A DNA stretch of 64,000 nucleotides, from contig NC_043002.1 in assembly GCF_006345805.1 (NCBI RefSeq), positions 87,606,001 through 87,670,000 of the forward strand. The letters run 5' to 3'. How positions within the stretch are numbered: position 1 is the stretch's first letter; each line of letters opens with the position of its first letter. The notes below the pieces were generated by a model that made no database searches, was not told where the DNA came from, and worked only from the letters and a program-made list of their open reading frames with translations. A program made the translations under genes and the position numbers. Positions 26,837-38,763 of this stretch are shown piece by piece. This DNA is from Octopus sinensis. Lineage: Eukaryota.

Positions 26837-27570
26837 CAAAATGCGGTAGGTAAATTCTCGCCATTTTATATTTTAATTAAACGCACGTGCTTTGTTTGTT
26901 TTTGATTTTGTTGACTACACTCTATGGTAGGATTAGTTGGGCACCGTCTGTGAGTAAAACAGCACCATGACGTAATTCACTCTGCCATAGTATACTACTT
27001 GGCATTCGCGCCAGGAGCTCGAATGCGAACATTTCAGAGTGTTTAGGTGTCAATCTGATGATAGTGCAATCTGAGGACATGTACCGAGAGTGATAAAAAT
27101 CAAACATCCAGTAACCGTTATGGTGTCTGGAGTGATCACTATTGACAGCGACGTTTATGCCTCCATTTACCTTCCCACATGGCCTCAGACTCAATACGGA
27201 GGTCAACATTAAGTGCCTGGGGAAGACAGTGCTGCCCTGGGTCAAGAGGGAGGCTGCTGGAAGACCCTGTGTCTGGCAACAAGACTCTGCATAATACCAC
27301 AGAAGCAGGAGACCCCACTCATGGCTGTCAGACGATTACTGTGACCACATCACCCCTAACATCTGGCCACCTAACTCCCCAGACTGCAATCCCCTTGATT
27401 ATTATGTGTGGGGCGCAGTTGAGCGAGAGACCCACAAAATTCCTTGCAACATCAAAGATGAACTGAAGGCAAGGATTATGGCAGCATTTACCAACTTAAA
27501 CAGGCGATTCCAAAATTGTCTGGAGGCCGTGGTTGAAGCCTATGGCAATTTTATTGAATATTCCTGTAGA
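26837..27570 (+). mobile_element. Tc1/mariner DD37D (maT/Bmmar1-type) transposon, internally deleted
   Basis: Manual translation WQQDSA*..WPPNSPDCNPLDYYVWGAVE has 37 residues between the second and third Asp. TIR-like TACAAAATGCGGTAGG at the 5' end. Confidence 0.85.
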
Positions 27571-27947
27571 TACAAATTTACACAAAGATCACACTTTGGG
27601 GCTTACATGTGTCCCGACCGGCAAGAATAATGTGTCAACCTCTATATACACATTCAATTTCTGAATTCCAAATTCTGAAGAGATGAGTGGAATCGTTAGG
27701 TTCCTAACTTCGAAAGTACAATAGAGAAATAAACTTTTGTTTTTAAGTTGTAAACATTATGTCACCTCACCCACCGACAACTTTATTGTGAAGAGATAGA
27801 CTACGAGAGTTTATAGTGACTTTATAGTGGTTTTGACTGCTATTTCTAGACATATAAGGGTTTTTTCAACCCTCTTCGTTCTAACTGTGATTTATTCTTA
27901 ATTATACACACTTCTCATGTATATATATATAGTTTGTTCCTTCTCTA

Positions 27948-28196
27948 GCCATGCCTGGATCATAAGGGCCGGTTTCCCTGTTATATAGGCGTATAGGTGC
28001 CCCACCTGTACGGGACGCCAGTTCGTCGCAGGTGAGCTGTTAGATGCAAGAGGAAGAGTGAGAGAAAGTTGTGGCGAAAGAATAACAGAAGTTGGCCATT
28101 ATCTTCTGCCGGAGCCGCATTACTCGGTCTGAGATTCGAACCCGCGATCCTTGGACTGCAAGTCCGCTGCTGTAAACACTAGGCCATGTGTCTCCA
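27948..28196 (-). mobile_element. SINE family B head/core with an alternative tail
   Basis: Head TGGAG.CACATGGCCTAGTG and core CCACAACTTTCTCTCACTCTT. The tail differs from the 62735 copy. Confidence 0.75.
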
Positions 28197-28484
28197 AACA
28201 CACACACACGTACACACGCACGCACGCACACACACACACATATGCATGGTTATTTCTCTGGCTGTATCTCTATATGTGTATGTAAATGTGCATATGTAAA
28301 TGTGCATATGCGCTTGTGTATGTGTGTGTGTTGTGTGGTGTGTGTGTGTGGTGTGTGTGTGCGTGTGTGCGAGAAAGAGAGAGAGAGAGCGTGTAACGAA
28401 AAATAGATTTTGAATGGGAATTGAAATAAATTTTAAAATATGAAAGCCTGAAACATTTGAATTTTAAATGTTTTGTGTATATTC

Positions 28485-28690
28485 ATTTTCTTCTATTTTT
28501 TCACTTGCTTCAGACATTTGACTGCGTCCATGCCGGAGTACCACCTAGTACTTATTCTATTGGTCTTCTTTGCCGAACCGCTAAGTTACGGTTGTCAAGC
28601 GATGCTGGGGGGGGGCAAACACAAACATACTAACATATACACACAAACATACACACACTCACACATACACACACATATATATATATATGT
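28485..28690 (-). mobile_element. SINE family D 3' part, deleted
   Basis: Partial match. Confidence 0.7.
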
Positions 28691-28693
28691 ATA

Positions 28694-28865
28694 TATAAAA
28701 TATTATTTGAGACAAAACCACTATTTTGCAAAACAAACAAGGAAAGACTTAATCAATACATAAAATTTAAAAATAGTCAATTTATTTATTAAATTTTATG
28801 TATTGATTAAGTCTTTCCTTGTTTGTTTTGCAAAATAGTGGTTTTGTCTCAAATAATATTTTATA
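28694..28865. repeat. Perfect 77-bp inverted repeat with an 18-nt spacer
   Basis: Arms 28694-28770 and 28789-28865 are exact reverse complements. Confidence 0.95.
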
Positions 28866-28974
28866 ATATTTTACTATAAAATTGGATTAATCCTAAATCT
28901 GATTTTTTTCCCTGTAAATTTGGATATATTCCCTAATATTTATTATTATTATATGTATATATATATATATATAT

Positions 28975-29391
28975 GTATATACTCTTTTACTCTTTTACTT
29001 GTTTCAGTCATTTGACCGCGGCCATGCTGGAGCACCGCCTTTAGTCGAGCAAATCGACCCCGGGACTTATTCTTTGTAAGCCCAGTACTTATTCTATCGG
29101 TCTCTTTTGCTGAACCGCTAAGTGACAAGGTCGTAAACACACCAGCATCGGTTGTCAAGCAATGCTAGGGGACAAACACACATACACAAACACACACACA
29201 TACACATATATATATATATACATATATACGACAGGCTTCTTTCAGTTTCCGTCTGCCAAATCCACTCACAAGGCATTGGTCGGCCCGGGGCTATAGCAGA
29301 AGACACTTGCCCAAGATGCCACGCAGTGGGACTGAACCCGGAACCATGTGGTTGGTTAGCAAGCTACTTACCACACAGCCACACCTGCGCC
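28975..29391 (-). mobile_element. SINE family D, full length
   Basis: Complete head to tail. Confidence 0.9.
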
Positions 29392-29417
29392 TATACATAT
29401 GTATATATATATATATA

Positions 29418-29912
29418 TTCAACAATAATATTAAGGAATGGCCTTGATAGGCCATTCGACTCACTAAAACGAGCAGCCAAACTCAAACCGCTAAATAGTT
29501 GTAATTCAGAAACCAAAGGAAAGTTAAAAACCTTTACCCTTATTATCTTTCGACTATGCATAGTTTCGACGTACATTTTGGCAAACCAGCTTAAATTAAA
29601 TTAAATTTAATTAAATCAATTTACCACTGGCCCGTCTCATCGGCAAAGAAGCCAGGGGAATATATATTCCACGAGGCAACAGCATCGATGCCTCTAGAAT
29701 ATATACTCTAAACTTTCAAAATCTACCGTCATCGCGCCAACTTATCAGCAGCAAATATGAACTGCTGATTTAAGTTCAGAATTAACAAAAAATCATTAAT
29801 TAATCAATATCAGGATAGCAAAAAATTCAAGAGAAATTTTTTCGCCACCAGCGGTCTAGTGAGAAAGAAAAAATAGTCAACAGACTATATAATGTACATT
29901 CAACAATATTGA

Positions 29913-29915
<3 letters not shown>
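29418..29915 (-). mobile_element. Non-coding ~500-bp element in (TA)n carrying a hammerhead motif at 29547-29648
   Basis: ATTCAACAAT(A)AT at both ends. Minus strand CTTTG-CCGATGA-GACG..CGTC-GAAAC-TATGCATA-GTC-GAAAG. Confidence 0.6.
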
Positions 29916-29950
<35 letters not shown>

Positions 29951-29951
<1 letters not shown>

Positions 29952-30112
29952 GACGGGATTCTTCAATTTTCGTTTTCTTCTACTAGATCCACCTTCAAGG
30001 CTTTGGTCGACCTGAGGTTATAGTAGAAGACAATCGCCCACGATGCCATGCAGTGGGACTGAACTAGGAACCATGTGACTTGGAAGTAAGCTTCTTACAA
30101 CACAGTCACGCT
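29951..30112 (-). mobile_element. SINE family D 5' half, degenerate
   Basis: Partial match. Confidence 0.7.
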
Positions 30113-30134
30113 ATTTATGTGTATGTATATAATG

Positions 30135-30181
<47 letters not shown>

Positions 30182-30187
30182 CATACA

Positions 30188-30218
<31 letters not shown>

Positions 30219-30449
30219 TGTATATATATGTATATATATGTATATATGTATATATATGTATATATATATATATAGTGTGTGTGTGGACAAGTGTACGATT
30301 GGTAATAATATTTGTACGTATCCTTTCCACCGGAAATAACCATTAGAATCCAAAGAATTCATATATTGCAGGCTTTCTTTGCGTCCGAATTTAGCAGACT
30401 TTTAACATGGAAGCATTATTCTATTGGTATGAAATTCAGGACATACGCA

Positions 30450-30460
30450 ACTACTACTAT

Positions 30461-30546
<86 letters not shown>

Positions 30547-30570
30547 TTGCTGCAACTACTACTACTACTA
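30450..30570. repeat. (CTA)n/(CTG)n microsatellite
   Basis: Direct inspection. Confidence 0.95.
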
Positions 30571-30932
30571 GTACAGTAGCAACACCATCAACAGCGACAG
30601 GAACAATTATGGTTTCAAATTTTGGCACCAGACCACCAATTTCGGGGAAGAGGTTAAGTCTATTAAATCGGAAAGTCCCGGATTACTCCGCCATCCTCAA
30701 GACCTGTGAAGTTCCATCTTCCTGATTCTTCCCTATTTAGAAAAGTATACTCAGAGATGATCAATTTAGCCTCACTAGTTTTTCCACTCACGCCAACCTT
30801 TTGTTAAACACGCTACAAGACAGCACCTCCCTCTCTACCCTCGCCTTTCTCTTCGGATGATAGTTTAAGAAGTTGATGAGATCTTGACCAGATAGGAAAC
30901 TGCCTGTCTTCAAACCTTTCATACGGGTCCAG

Positions 30933-31115
<183 letters not shown>

Positions 31116-31309
31116 ATATTGAGAAGAGCATTGTCGATGTGAGAACTGTTGCTGCTCATGTATTTTAATTTAACTTAAAAAAAAAAAAAATGAACGAACT
31201 ACTGAGTTTGGTTTAATGGCCTACCAATGTATACAATGAGTTTCTTTGCCCTAGGAGTCGGGAAGACACACGGCAAGAAATGGAAGCAAGTTTGAAAGAA
31301 GAAAAAATA

Positions 31310-31379
31310 AGTAATGATAATAATAATAATGATAATGATAATGATGATAATAATAATAATAACAACAACAGCAACAAGA

Positions 31380-31410
<31 letters not shown>

Positions 31411-31444
31411 CAACAACAACAACAGCAACAGCAACAACAACAAC

Positions 31445-31476
<32 letters not shown>

Positions 31477-31590
31477 CAACAATGATAATAATGATGATGA
31501 TGATGATGATGATAACTGATGCAGTGCCAGGCAGTAGCTTTGATACAGTACTAGGCAGTGGCTCTGATGCTGTACCAGGCAGTGGCTCTC
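31310..31590. repeat. (AAT/AAC/GAT)n compound microsatellite followed by three ~24-bp units (CTGATGCAGTGCCAGGCAGTAGCT-like)
   Basis: Direct inspection. Confidence 0.85.
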
Positions 31591-32114
31591 ATGGCTTCTG
31601 ATCTTAACTGATTGAAAGTGTTATCATGTACATTGTGTTGTCTTGGTATAAAAGATGGGCTACAACAAATATTCCGCTCAATAACACAGATTTACTTGTC
31701 AGTTGCTTAACCTTAACCATGTCCTTTAGTGGCTGACGATATGTGCGTTTTCTGATCACGAGCAGAAGTAGTGGGGGAGCATCATAACCATGTGCTGAGA
31801 GGAATTCTTTGGGGTTTGAATAATTCACCTCTGGAAACATGGGTGTTTTGTTCATCATCCTTAAACAACCCTTATTTTGAGCCGGATGGGCTACTCGATC
31901 TGAAGAAAATTCTAACTGGGCCCCACCTGAAAGATCATGCGCTGTTCATCTTGATATGAGATCATGTCGTGCACATATGGTTGTGATGCATGTGCCTGGT
32001 GTACCTTTATCAGACGGTTACTCATGATAGGTATACTGGTCTTCGTATATACAGTGTCACTTTGATGGCATGCACTGCTTTCTCATTCAATGATAATAAT
32101 CATCATAATGCTTT

Positions 32115-32325
32115 CAAATTTTGCCATAAGAGTAGCAATTTGAGGTGGGTGGAGATGAGTCAAATATATCGAACCCAGTGCGTAACTGGTACTTAATTTA
32201 TCGCTCCCGAAAATGTTGAAAGACAAAGCTGACCTCGGCGGAATTTGAACTCAGAAGTAGCGGTGGGAGAAATACCGCTAAGCATTTCGTACGGCACGCT
32301 AGCTATTCTGCCAGCTCTCCACCTT
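32115..32325 (-). mobile_element. SINE family A
   Basis: Reverse complement of head, B box and core. Confidence 0.8.
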
Positions 32326-32326
32326 C

Positions 32327-32362
<36 letters not shown>

Positions 32363-32394
32363 ACGACACTACTACTAATAATATACTAATAATA

Positions 32395-32790
32395 ATATAA
32401 GAAGAAGAAGAAGAAGAGAAGACGAAGAGAGAGGAAGAAAAAGCAGAAGAAAAGAAGAAGAAGAAAGAAGAATGATGATGAAGAAGAAGAAGAAGAAGAA
32501 GAAGAAGAAGAAGAAGAGAAGAAGAAGAAGAAGAAGAAGAAGAAGAAGAAGAAGAAGAAGAAGAAGAAGAAGAAGAAGAATGATAATTTCTACTAAAGAC
32601 ACAAGGCCTGGAATTTGTGGGGAGGTGATAGTGATCACACCGACCCCAATATTTTACTGGTACTTAATTTATCAACCCTGAGAGGATGGAAGGCAAAGTT
32701 GATTTCGGCAGAATTAGAAATCAGAATGCAGCAACGGGCAAAATTCCGCTAAGTATTTCGTTTAGCTCGCTAACGATTCTGCCACCTGTT
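32395..32790 (-). mobile_element. SINE family A (tail B) ending in a long (TTC)n tract
   Basis: SINE at 32581-32790, (GAA)n at 32395-32580. Confidence 0.8.
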
Positions 32791-32846
32791 GTGTCAATAC
32801 TTGTCAGGAAAAGAAATCAAGGACTTAAGACTGAATGTTTTGTCTG

Positions 32847-33036
32847 AGGAGAGTCATTCTCTTTTAGTGCCTTATAATTTAATACACTCATCGGTAAAAT
32901 TTCCACTTATTTGACTCAAAACTATTGAAAAGTTTGCAAGACGCAACGAAAATTTGGAAAGATAAAAAAGAAATAAGTGGAAATTTAACCGGTGAGTGTG
33001 TTAAATTATAAGGCACTAAAAGAGAACGACTCTCCC
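32847..33036. mobile_element. MITE with ~65-bp TIRs
   Basis: GGAGAGTCATTCTCTTTTAGTGCCTTATAATTT.. / ..AAATTATAAGGCACTAAAAGAGAACGACTCTCC, few mismatches. TA at the right flank. Confidence 0.8.
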
Positions 33037-33039
33037 TAG

Positions 33040-33600
33040 ACACAACAGAATATGCTTCAACACACGAACTCACATAAAGAATCTTGCAAACCAAATCCCA
33101 AAACGAAATAAATTAAGACTGAATAGAAATTCGAAAAAGTTAGGAAGAAATATGGTATAGAAACAAAAGGTCTGAATGTTGTAATTGAAGAACTGAAGCA
33201 GAGCATACTTGCAAAAAATGCAAAGCTAACTAAGTTTGAACAACGGATTAAGCAATAACAGCAAAACAAATTGTTTAGAACCGACCAAAAAAGATTTTAC
33301 CAAGAGATTAATGATGATGAAAAACGTGAAAGATTAGTCCCTGATGCTGATGAAAGTCGACTTTTCTGGGTATAAGATATGGAGTATGCAAGAACAACAT
33401 AATACTACAGCTGAATGGCTCTGCAGCCTGAACCAAATAGCTTCTTATGCCCAGTAGGAGACTATCCACTTCATTGAAGACAGTATCAGAATTATGAGTA
33501 AAAAGATAAGCAACTGGTAAGCAGCAGGACCTGATGGCGTACAGAGATTTTGCATTAAAATGTTCAGTAGTTGCCATAAATTGATCACATTTAAAAGCAT
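33040..33600 (+). mobile_element. R4/Dong-like non-LTR retrotransposon remnant (pre-RT region)
   Basis: Manual translation [40 protein letters not shown] resembles R4-clade NWKAPGPDG. Confidence 0.6.
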
Positions 33601-33669
33601 TTTGTATAATTTTACAGTTCCAATGATCGAACCTCGTTGGCTAGGTGAGGAAGCCAACTTTCCCTCTGA

Positions 33670-33830
33670 TCAGAAGGTCCCGTCGCAAGGTTTAGTCATT
33701 TACGGCTGAGTGGATTAGAGCAAAGTGGAATGAAATGTTTTGCTCAAGAACACAACGCGCAGCCGGTCTAGGAATCGAAACCACGGTTTCGCAATCGTGA
33801 ATGCTATACGTCTGTTAGGCTACGCGCCTT
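33670..33830 (-). mobile_element. SINE family E fragment (V/CORE-like GTGTTCTTGAGCAA)
   Basis: B-box-like TTTCGATTCC followed by a GTGTT.TTGAGCAA motif. Confidence 0.45.
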
Positions 33831-33895
33831 AGCACACACGCACATGCGCACACACGCACACGCGCACACACACATGCACACACACTTACACACTC

Positions 33896-33952
<57 letters not shown>

Positions 33953-35505
33953 AATATACATATATTTCACATTTGTGCACGCACATGTGCATGTGTGTAA
34001 AAATCTTAAAGTGCCATGGCCATCAAATATGCTTTCATATAAAAATGATACACGGACACAGAAATGCTACCACGCTGCGTATACATCACCCCTAAACTCA
34101 CACATGAGTTCCACAGCACAAACACACATAAATATGTTGTCACACACACTTTCATGCAGACTACATAAACACACAAATTGATGTTGTTTGGTTGAGAAAA
34201 TTAAGTTATAGCAAGGAAATTCCTAATGTTGTGTCTGTAGGCCATGACAGTTGATTGGATAATATAGTCTATTCGGTCAGATATATGTGGAAAAGCAATT
34301 TGAATTTAATTTACTTCTACACAGAAATTTAGTTCATAAACTTTATTAGTTTCAATAGATGTTTTGAAAACTTGCAAACGGCCTTTTAGCTTAGGAGTTT
34401 ATAGTTTAACTGCACTTCTAGAACATAGTAGTGACCCTTAGGGGACTGACATATTTGGATTTCGTTTCTTTAGTTATTGTTTCGACAGAAGAGAGAGGGA
34501 AAGGTTAGGCTGAATAAACATAACACTGCCGTCTTATTTCGAGGCTAATTTTATAGAGAGAATAAATATAGTCGTTATGTTGGCATTATTATATTAATGT
34601 GTCTGTTTGGTTGGGAATTGTCTTTTATGGTTTAGTTACAGGAAGAAGCGCAGCAATGATGACCCATTTCTCAGAATCCCTAAAACTGGTAGCTGGAAAA
34701 GAGGAAGCTATCACATCGGTGTGCTAGTTCATATACTTTCAATGAAGTAGATTCCTCTAAAGACACGCACAGGCCGAATGGTGGTGTAAAAATGAGAGAC
34801 GTATTAAATCTAAAACCGAGGTAGCGAATTGCCCGAGATGAACTTAAATGTATATTCTTTTAGAGTTGATAAATCAAAAACATCAATCCAAACCGTAAGA
34901 CTGGAAGAATTGCAAAACCGTCGATTAGGATGCTTTGCGATATTTGATCCGACTATTTGCATTCTGCGTTTAAATCTCGCCATGGTCTATACAGTGATGG
35001 AGGAAGACTTAATTTCCATCCAGGTTTTAACAACATCACCTGCCTGCTCGGGTACTTTTAACGGAGTCCACTCTACTGCAACCATTCGTGGCAGATCTCG
35101 GGTTTGAGCATATCTTCTTTCTCCCTACAATCTCACCTTCTGTAATATGTCAGAGACATTGCCTTTCTTCCTGAATAAAAAAGATAAATAAGGAGGGAAA
35201 ACTGGAACGTTGTCCACCTGACAAGCTTCCATTTAGTTCCTTTCCATCAAATTTCACTCACAAAACTCTAAATCTGTCTACAGCTATAGCAGAAGATACT
35301 GAGATAAGCCATGGTAACCTTAAGTAATGTACTCTTATAGATACACTTATAAGGACAGGAGGAAACTGCCGAAATGCTTTTTAGTTAATATCTGCTTGGC
35401 CATGATTGATTTGGGGCTAAACGGCACAAATAATAAATACAACAATTATGGTAAACTAAAGTAATACATGAGCATCTTTAATACACACATATATGGTAGA
35501 TGCTG

Positions 35506-35559
<54 letters not shown>

Positions 35560-35700
35560 CACTAATATCTCTAAAATAACATCACATTCAATACTAGGCT
35601 ATCAGACAAGAGAATTGCATCAATTGTTGATATTTTGTTCTTATTGGATCTGTTCAGACATGTGAAACCTTTAAGCAAAACTATATAAACCTGACACCTT

Positions 35701-35747
<47 letters not shown>

Positions 35748-36109
35748 AACACACACACACGCACGCACACGCACACGCAAGCCCGCACGCACGCGCATGG
35801 ACATACATTTTCGCAAATAAACAAATATATGATAGCGAGCACACGTATTTGCGGTGAAAGTTTTGTATTTTGATATAAGTACTTCATTTCAGAATTAACA
35901 GCTGAAGGCTTCGTAAAGTCGGTTTTTATACTTAGATGACAGCATTCATTAGTGTTCATGAAACTAGTCTAAAATGTTTACCTTACGGCAACTAATGACA
36001 ACATTCTGCAGAGGTGTGCGTAACAGTTAAATGAAAGTTTGTAAAGCTTGCTACCACATACACGTTACACACAAACACATACACATGTGCATATATATAT
36101 ATATGTAAA

Positions 36110-36305
36110 ATCAGACGCCATGATAGATCGTTAGCCACTACACACATTTTTTGTTCTCTCCTTGTTTTCTGTGTCCCTTTCTATAGAAGAGCGTAGGCTC
36201 GAAACGTAAAATACTTTTTCTATTCCTGAGCGTTATACTAATATTTCTGTTTGTTTTGTACAGAACCTGTCTTCGTCTTTTGTTGTTGTTTTCGTAAACT
36301 CTCCC
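36110..36305 (+). mobile_element. Short repeat with hammerhead-like motif at 36177-36212
   Basis: CTTT-CTATAGA-A-GAGC-GTAG-GCTC-GAAAC-GTA-AAAT. Confidence 0.75.
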
Positions 36306-36659
36306 TATATATATATATCTGCGGTGTGTGTGTGTGTGTGTGTAGTATATAAATCTTTATATGTTGTTACTTAACATCGAATCAGATATAATGTATTAAT
36401 GGATTTCGATCTATTGATTAATTAATTGGCTGCCACTATGTCTTCACATATTACTGCATTTTTAACATGAGTTTGATGACCAGTTCCTAAAAAAGATGTG
36501 TACTATGATAATATTGGGATGAGTTTCGGACGCAAACAAAAGCAAGGTATACTCAGTGGTATACCACAAAAGCATAATGAACAAAACTGTTACTGTATAT
36601 TAATATAGGGCGCCGTATCTATTGTGTTTAGTCTCACAGTGCAGTTAAGCGCTCATCTC

Positions 36660-37018
36660 GGATATTTTCGGTTTGAACGGCAGTTTTTAACATAATTTCT
36701 AGGTAACTAAAAAATTTCAAACTGCGTATCCTGGTAGAATGTGTTTATAAAACATCTTTTTCTCTTGGTTTTATAGAGAAAATTCTATAGTTTGTAATAT
36801 ATTTATTGTTCTTTTTCTACAATTTCTGCAATTTCAACCAATCAAATACGTCTATTGAGGAGAAAAAAAGATACCCCTCCTAACCCTAATCCTAACCCTA
36901 ACTAACCCTAACCCTAAAATAGATTGAAATGCAATAGATCGATACTAGCGTCATAATTATGGGTGACAATTTCATATGACACTGCTAGAAAAAATTGCCG
37001 TTCAAACCGAAAAGAACC
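36660..37018. mobile_element. MITE-like element containing (CCCTAA)n
   Basis: TIRs TTTTCGGTTTGAACGGCA / TGCCGTTCAAACCGAAAA. Telomere-like hexamers at ~36877-36916. Confidence 0.7.
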
Positions 37019-37984
37019 AAAATAACTTGCCAGAATTCGTTCAAGAATTAAAGAGTTATGTAGCGATGTAATTGATTAAGTTGACCCTAATATCAAGATT
37101 AGGTATTAACGTATATATTTAGTTCTTTAAAAAGCTCTCTGGTATAATATTTTCACATAATGACATTTACTCCAGCGCTCTAAAGTTCCAGTTCTCAACA
37201 TTTACTCCAGCGCTCTAAAGTTCCAATTCTCAACAATTGGGACTTGGTTGTCTACAACGAAGTTTCTCCATACTTTTGATCGCACGGTACACTGTGGAGC
37301 AGTTAAAGCAATTACTGGCATATTTCGTATGGAAAACTGTAAACAAAAGGAGAAAAAATCTTTGGAAGCCTGCTACTTAATTTGTTTTATAAATCATATT
37401 TGTGTCGAACAAGTACGATTTAATATTATGAATAACAATTTTTTTTCTTTCAAAAGTTTTAAGCATTAATATTGATTTTCTAAAACCTTAAATTATATTT
37501 CAAAACCCGCATCACATCTAGATACCCCTTACGGTGCACAGTTTGAGAGCCATAAGTTTAGAAGAACTGTAAACTAATTAATTTGTTGCTTAAATACACT
37601 ATCCATTACAATTAAGAATTCTGTGTGGCTAATTAATTTTTCCAATTTTCACAAACATCCTGAGAAACATTAAACGTTGTATTCATGTGTTCATTTGTTT
37701 TAAGAAACAAACACCAATGAGTATCTCTTGTGGTGATGGAAAAGTGTATTGTGCTCCGTGTCGCTTAAACAGCGCGGAAAAAAGAGAAAAACCTCTGGTC
37801 AAATGGGCTTGTAGTCTCGAGATAGACTTAAACTTAAATACAATTTCCATAGCTTAAACGATAAAGAGATGGATTAAATACCAAATTTTAATTTAGACAC
37901 GCACCATCAAATATTCCTTTCTACTAAAGGGACAAGGTCTGAAAATTCTGGGGATGGGGAATTCAATTACATTATGTAATATGT

Positions 37985-38125
37985 AACCAGGACCCATCTG
38001 GTACATATTTTATCGACCCTGAAAGGAAGAAAGGCAAAGTCGAATTTGAACTCAGAACATAAAGAAGGACGAATTGCTGCTAAGCATTTTGGCTGGCGTG
38101 CTAATGATTCTCCCTGCTCGCCGCT
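37985..38125 (-). mobile_element. SINE family A fragment
   Basis: Core and head reverse complement. Confidence 0.7.
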
Positions 38126-38536
38126 GTCCACCATCAAGTAAAGGAGCAAGAAAGAGCCATTTATGATCGATACCAATTTTTGAGTGGTACTTTATATATC
38201 GACATTTGTAAGTATGAAAAGTAACGTCAACGTTTGCAGGATCAAACACCTAAAAGTTACGTCTAGGTTCTAATCCCATTGAAGTCATCATTGATTTCAT
38301 AATTCTGGGGTTGATAAAATAGACACCAGTAAAATAACTACCAACAATACAGTACCCCATCCGCACGAATAAGTGGCTAGCACGTAATAAGCGTAATAGC
38401 ATAGAAAATATTTTAAACAAAAGAATATATGTAAATATAAAGATCATAAGTTATAATATCAGTTTCTAGAAATTTCTGGTTTTTGCATTAAATTTCCATC
38501 GAGAAGGAGAATTCAGTGCCATATGTCACATCTTAA

Positions 38537-38600
38537 GGCGGCGAGCTGGTAGAATCGTTAGCACGCCGGGCGAAATGCTAAGCGGTATTTCGTCTGTCGC
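38537..38600 (+). mobile_element. 5' head of the host SINE (family A) interrupted by the LINE
   Basis: GGCGGCGAGCTGGTAGAATCGTTAGCACGCCGGGCGAAATGCTAAGC-GGTATTTCGTCTGTCGC. Confidence 0.9.
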
Positions 38601-38763
38601 ACATGTGTTCGTGAAGTAAGAATTGCTGTTCCGTGGTGTTAATATTGTTAACAACTGTTGTTTCTTGTTAAACTGTTGAATAACTTAACTGTTGGAGTTT
38701 TCAATTGAAAACACTTAGTGCTTGTGGTAGCACGCGTTGTTCATTCCCCCTTTGGGGGGAAGA

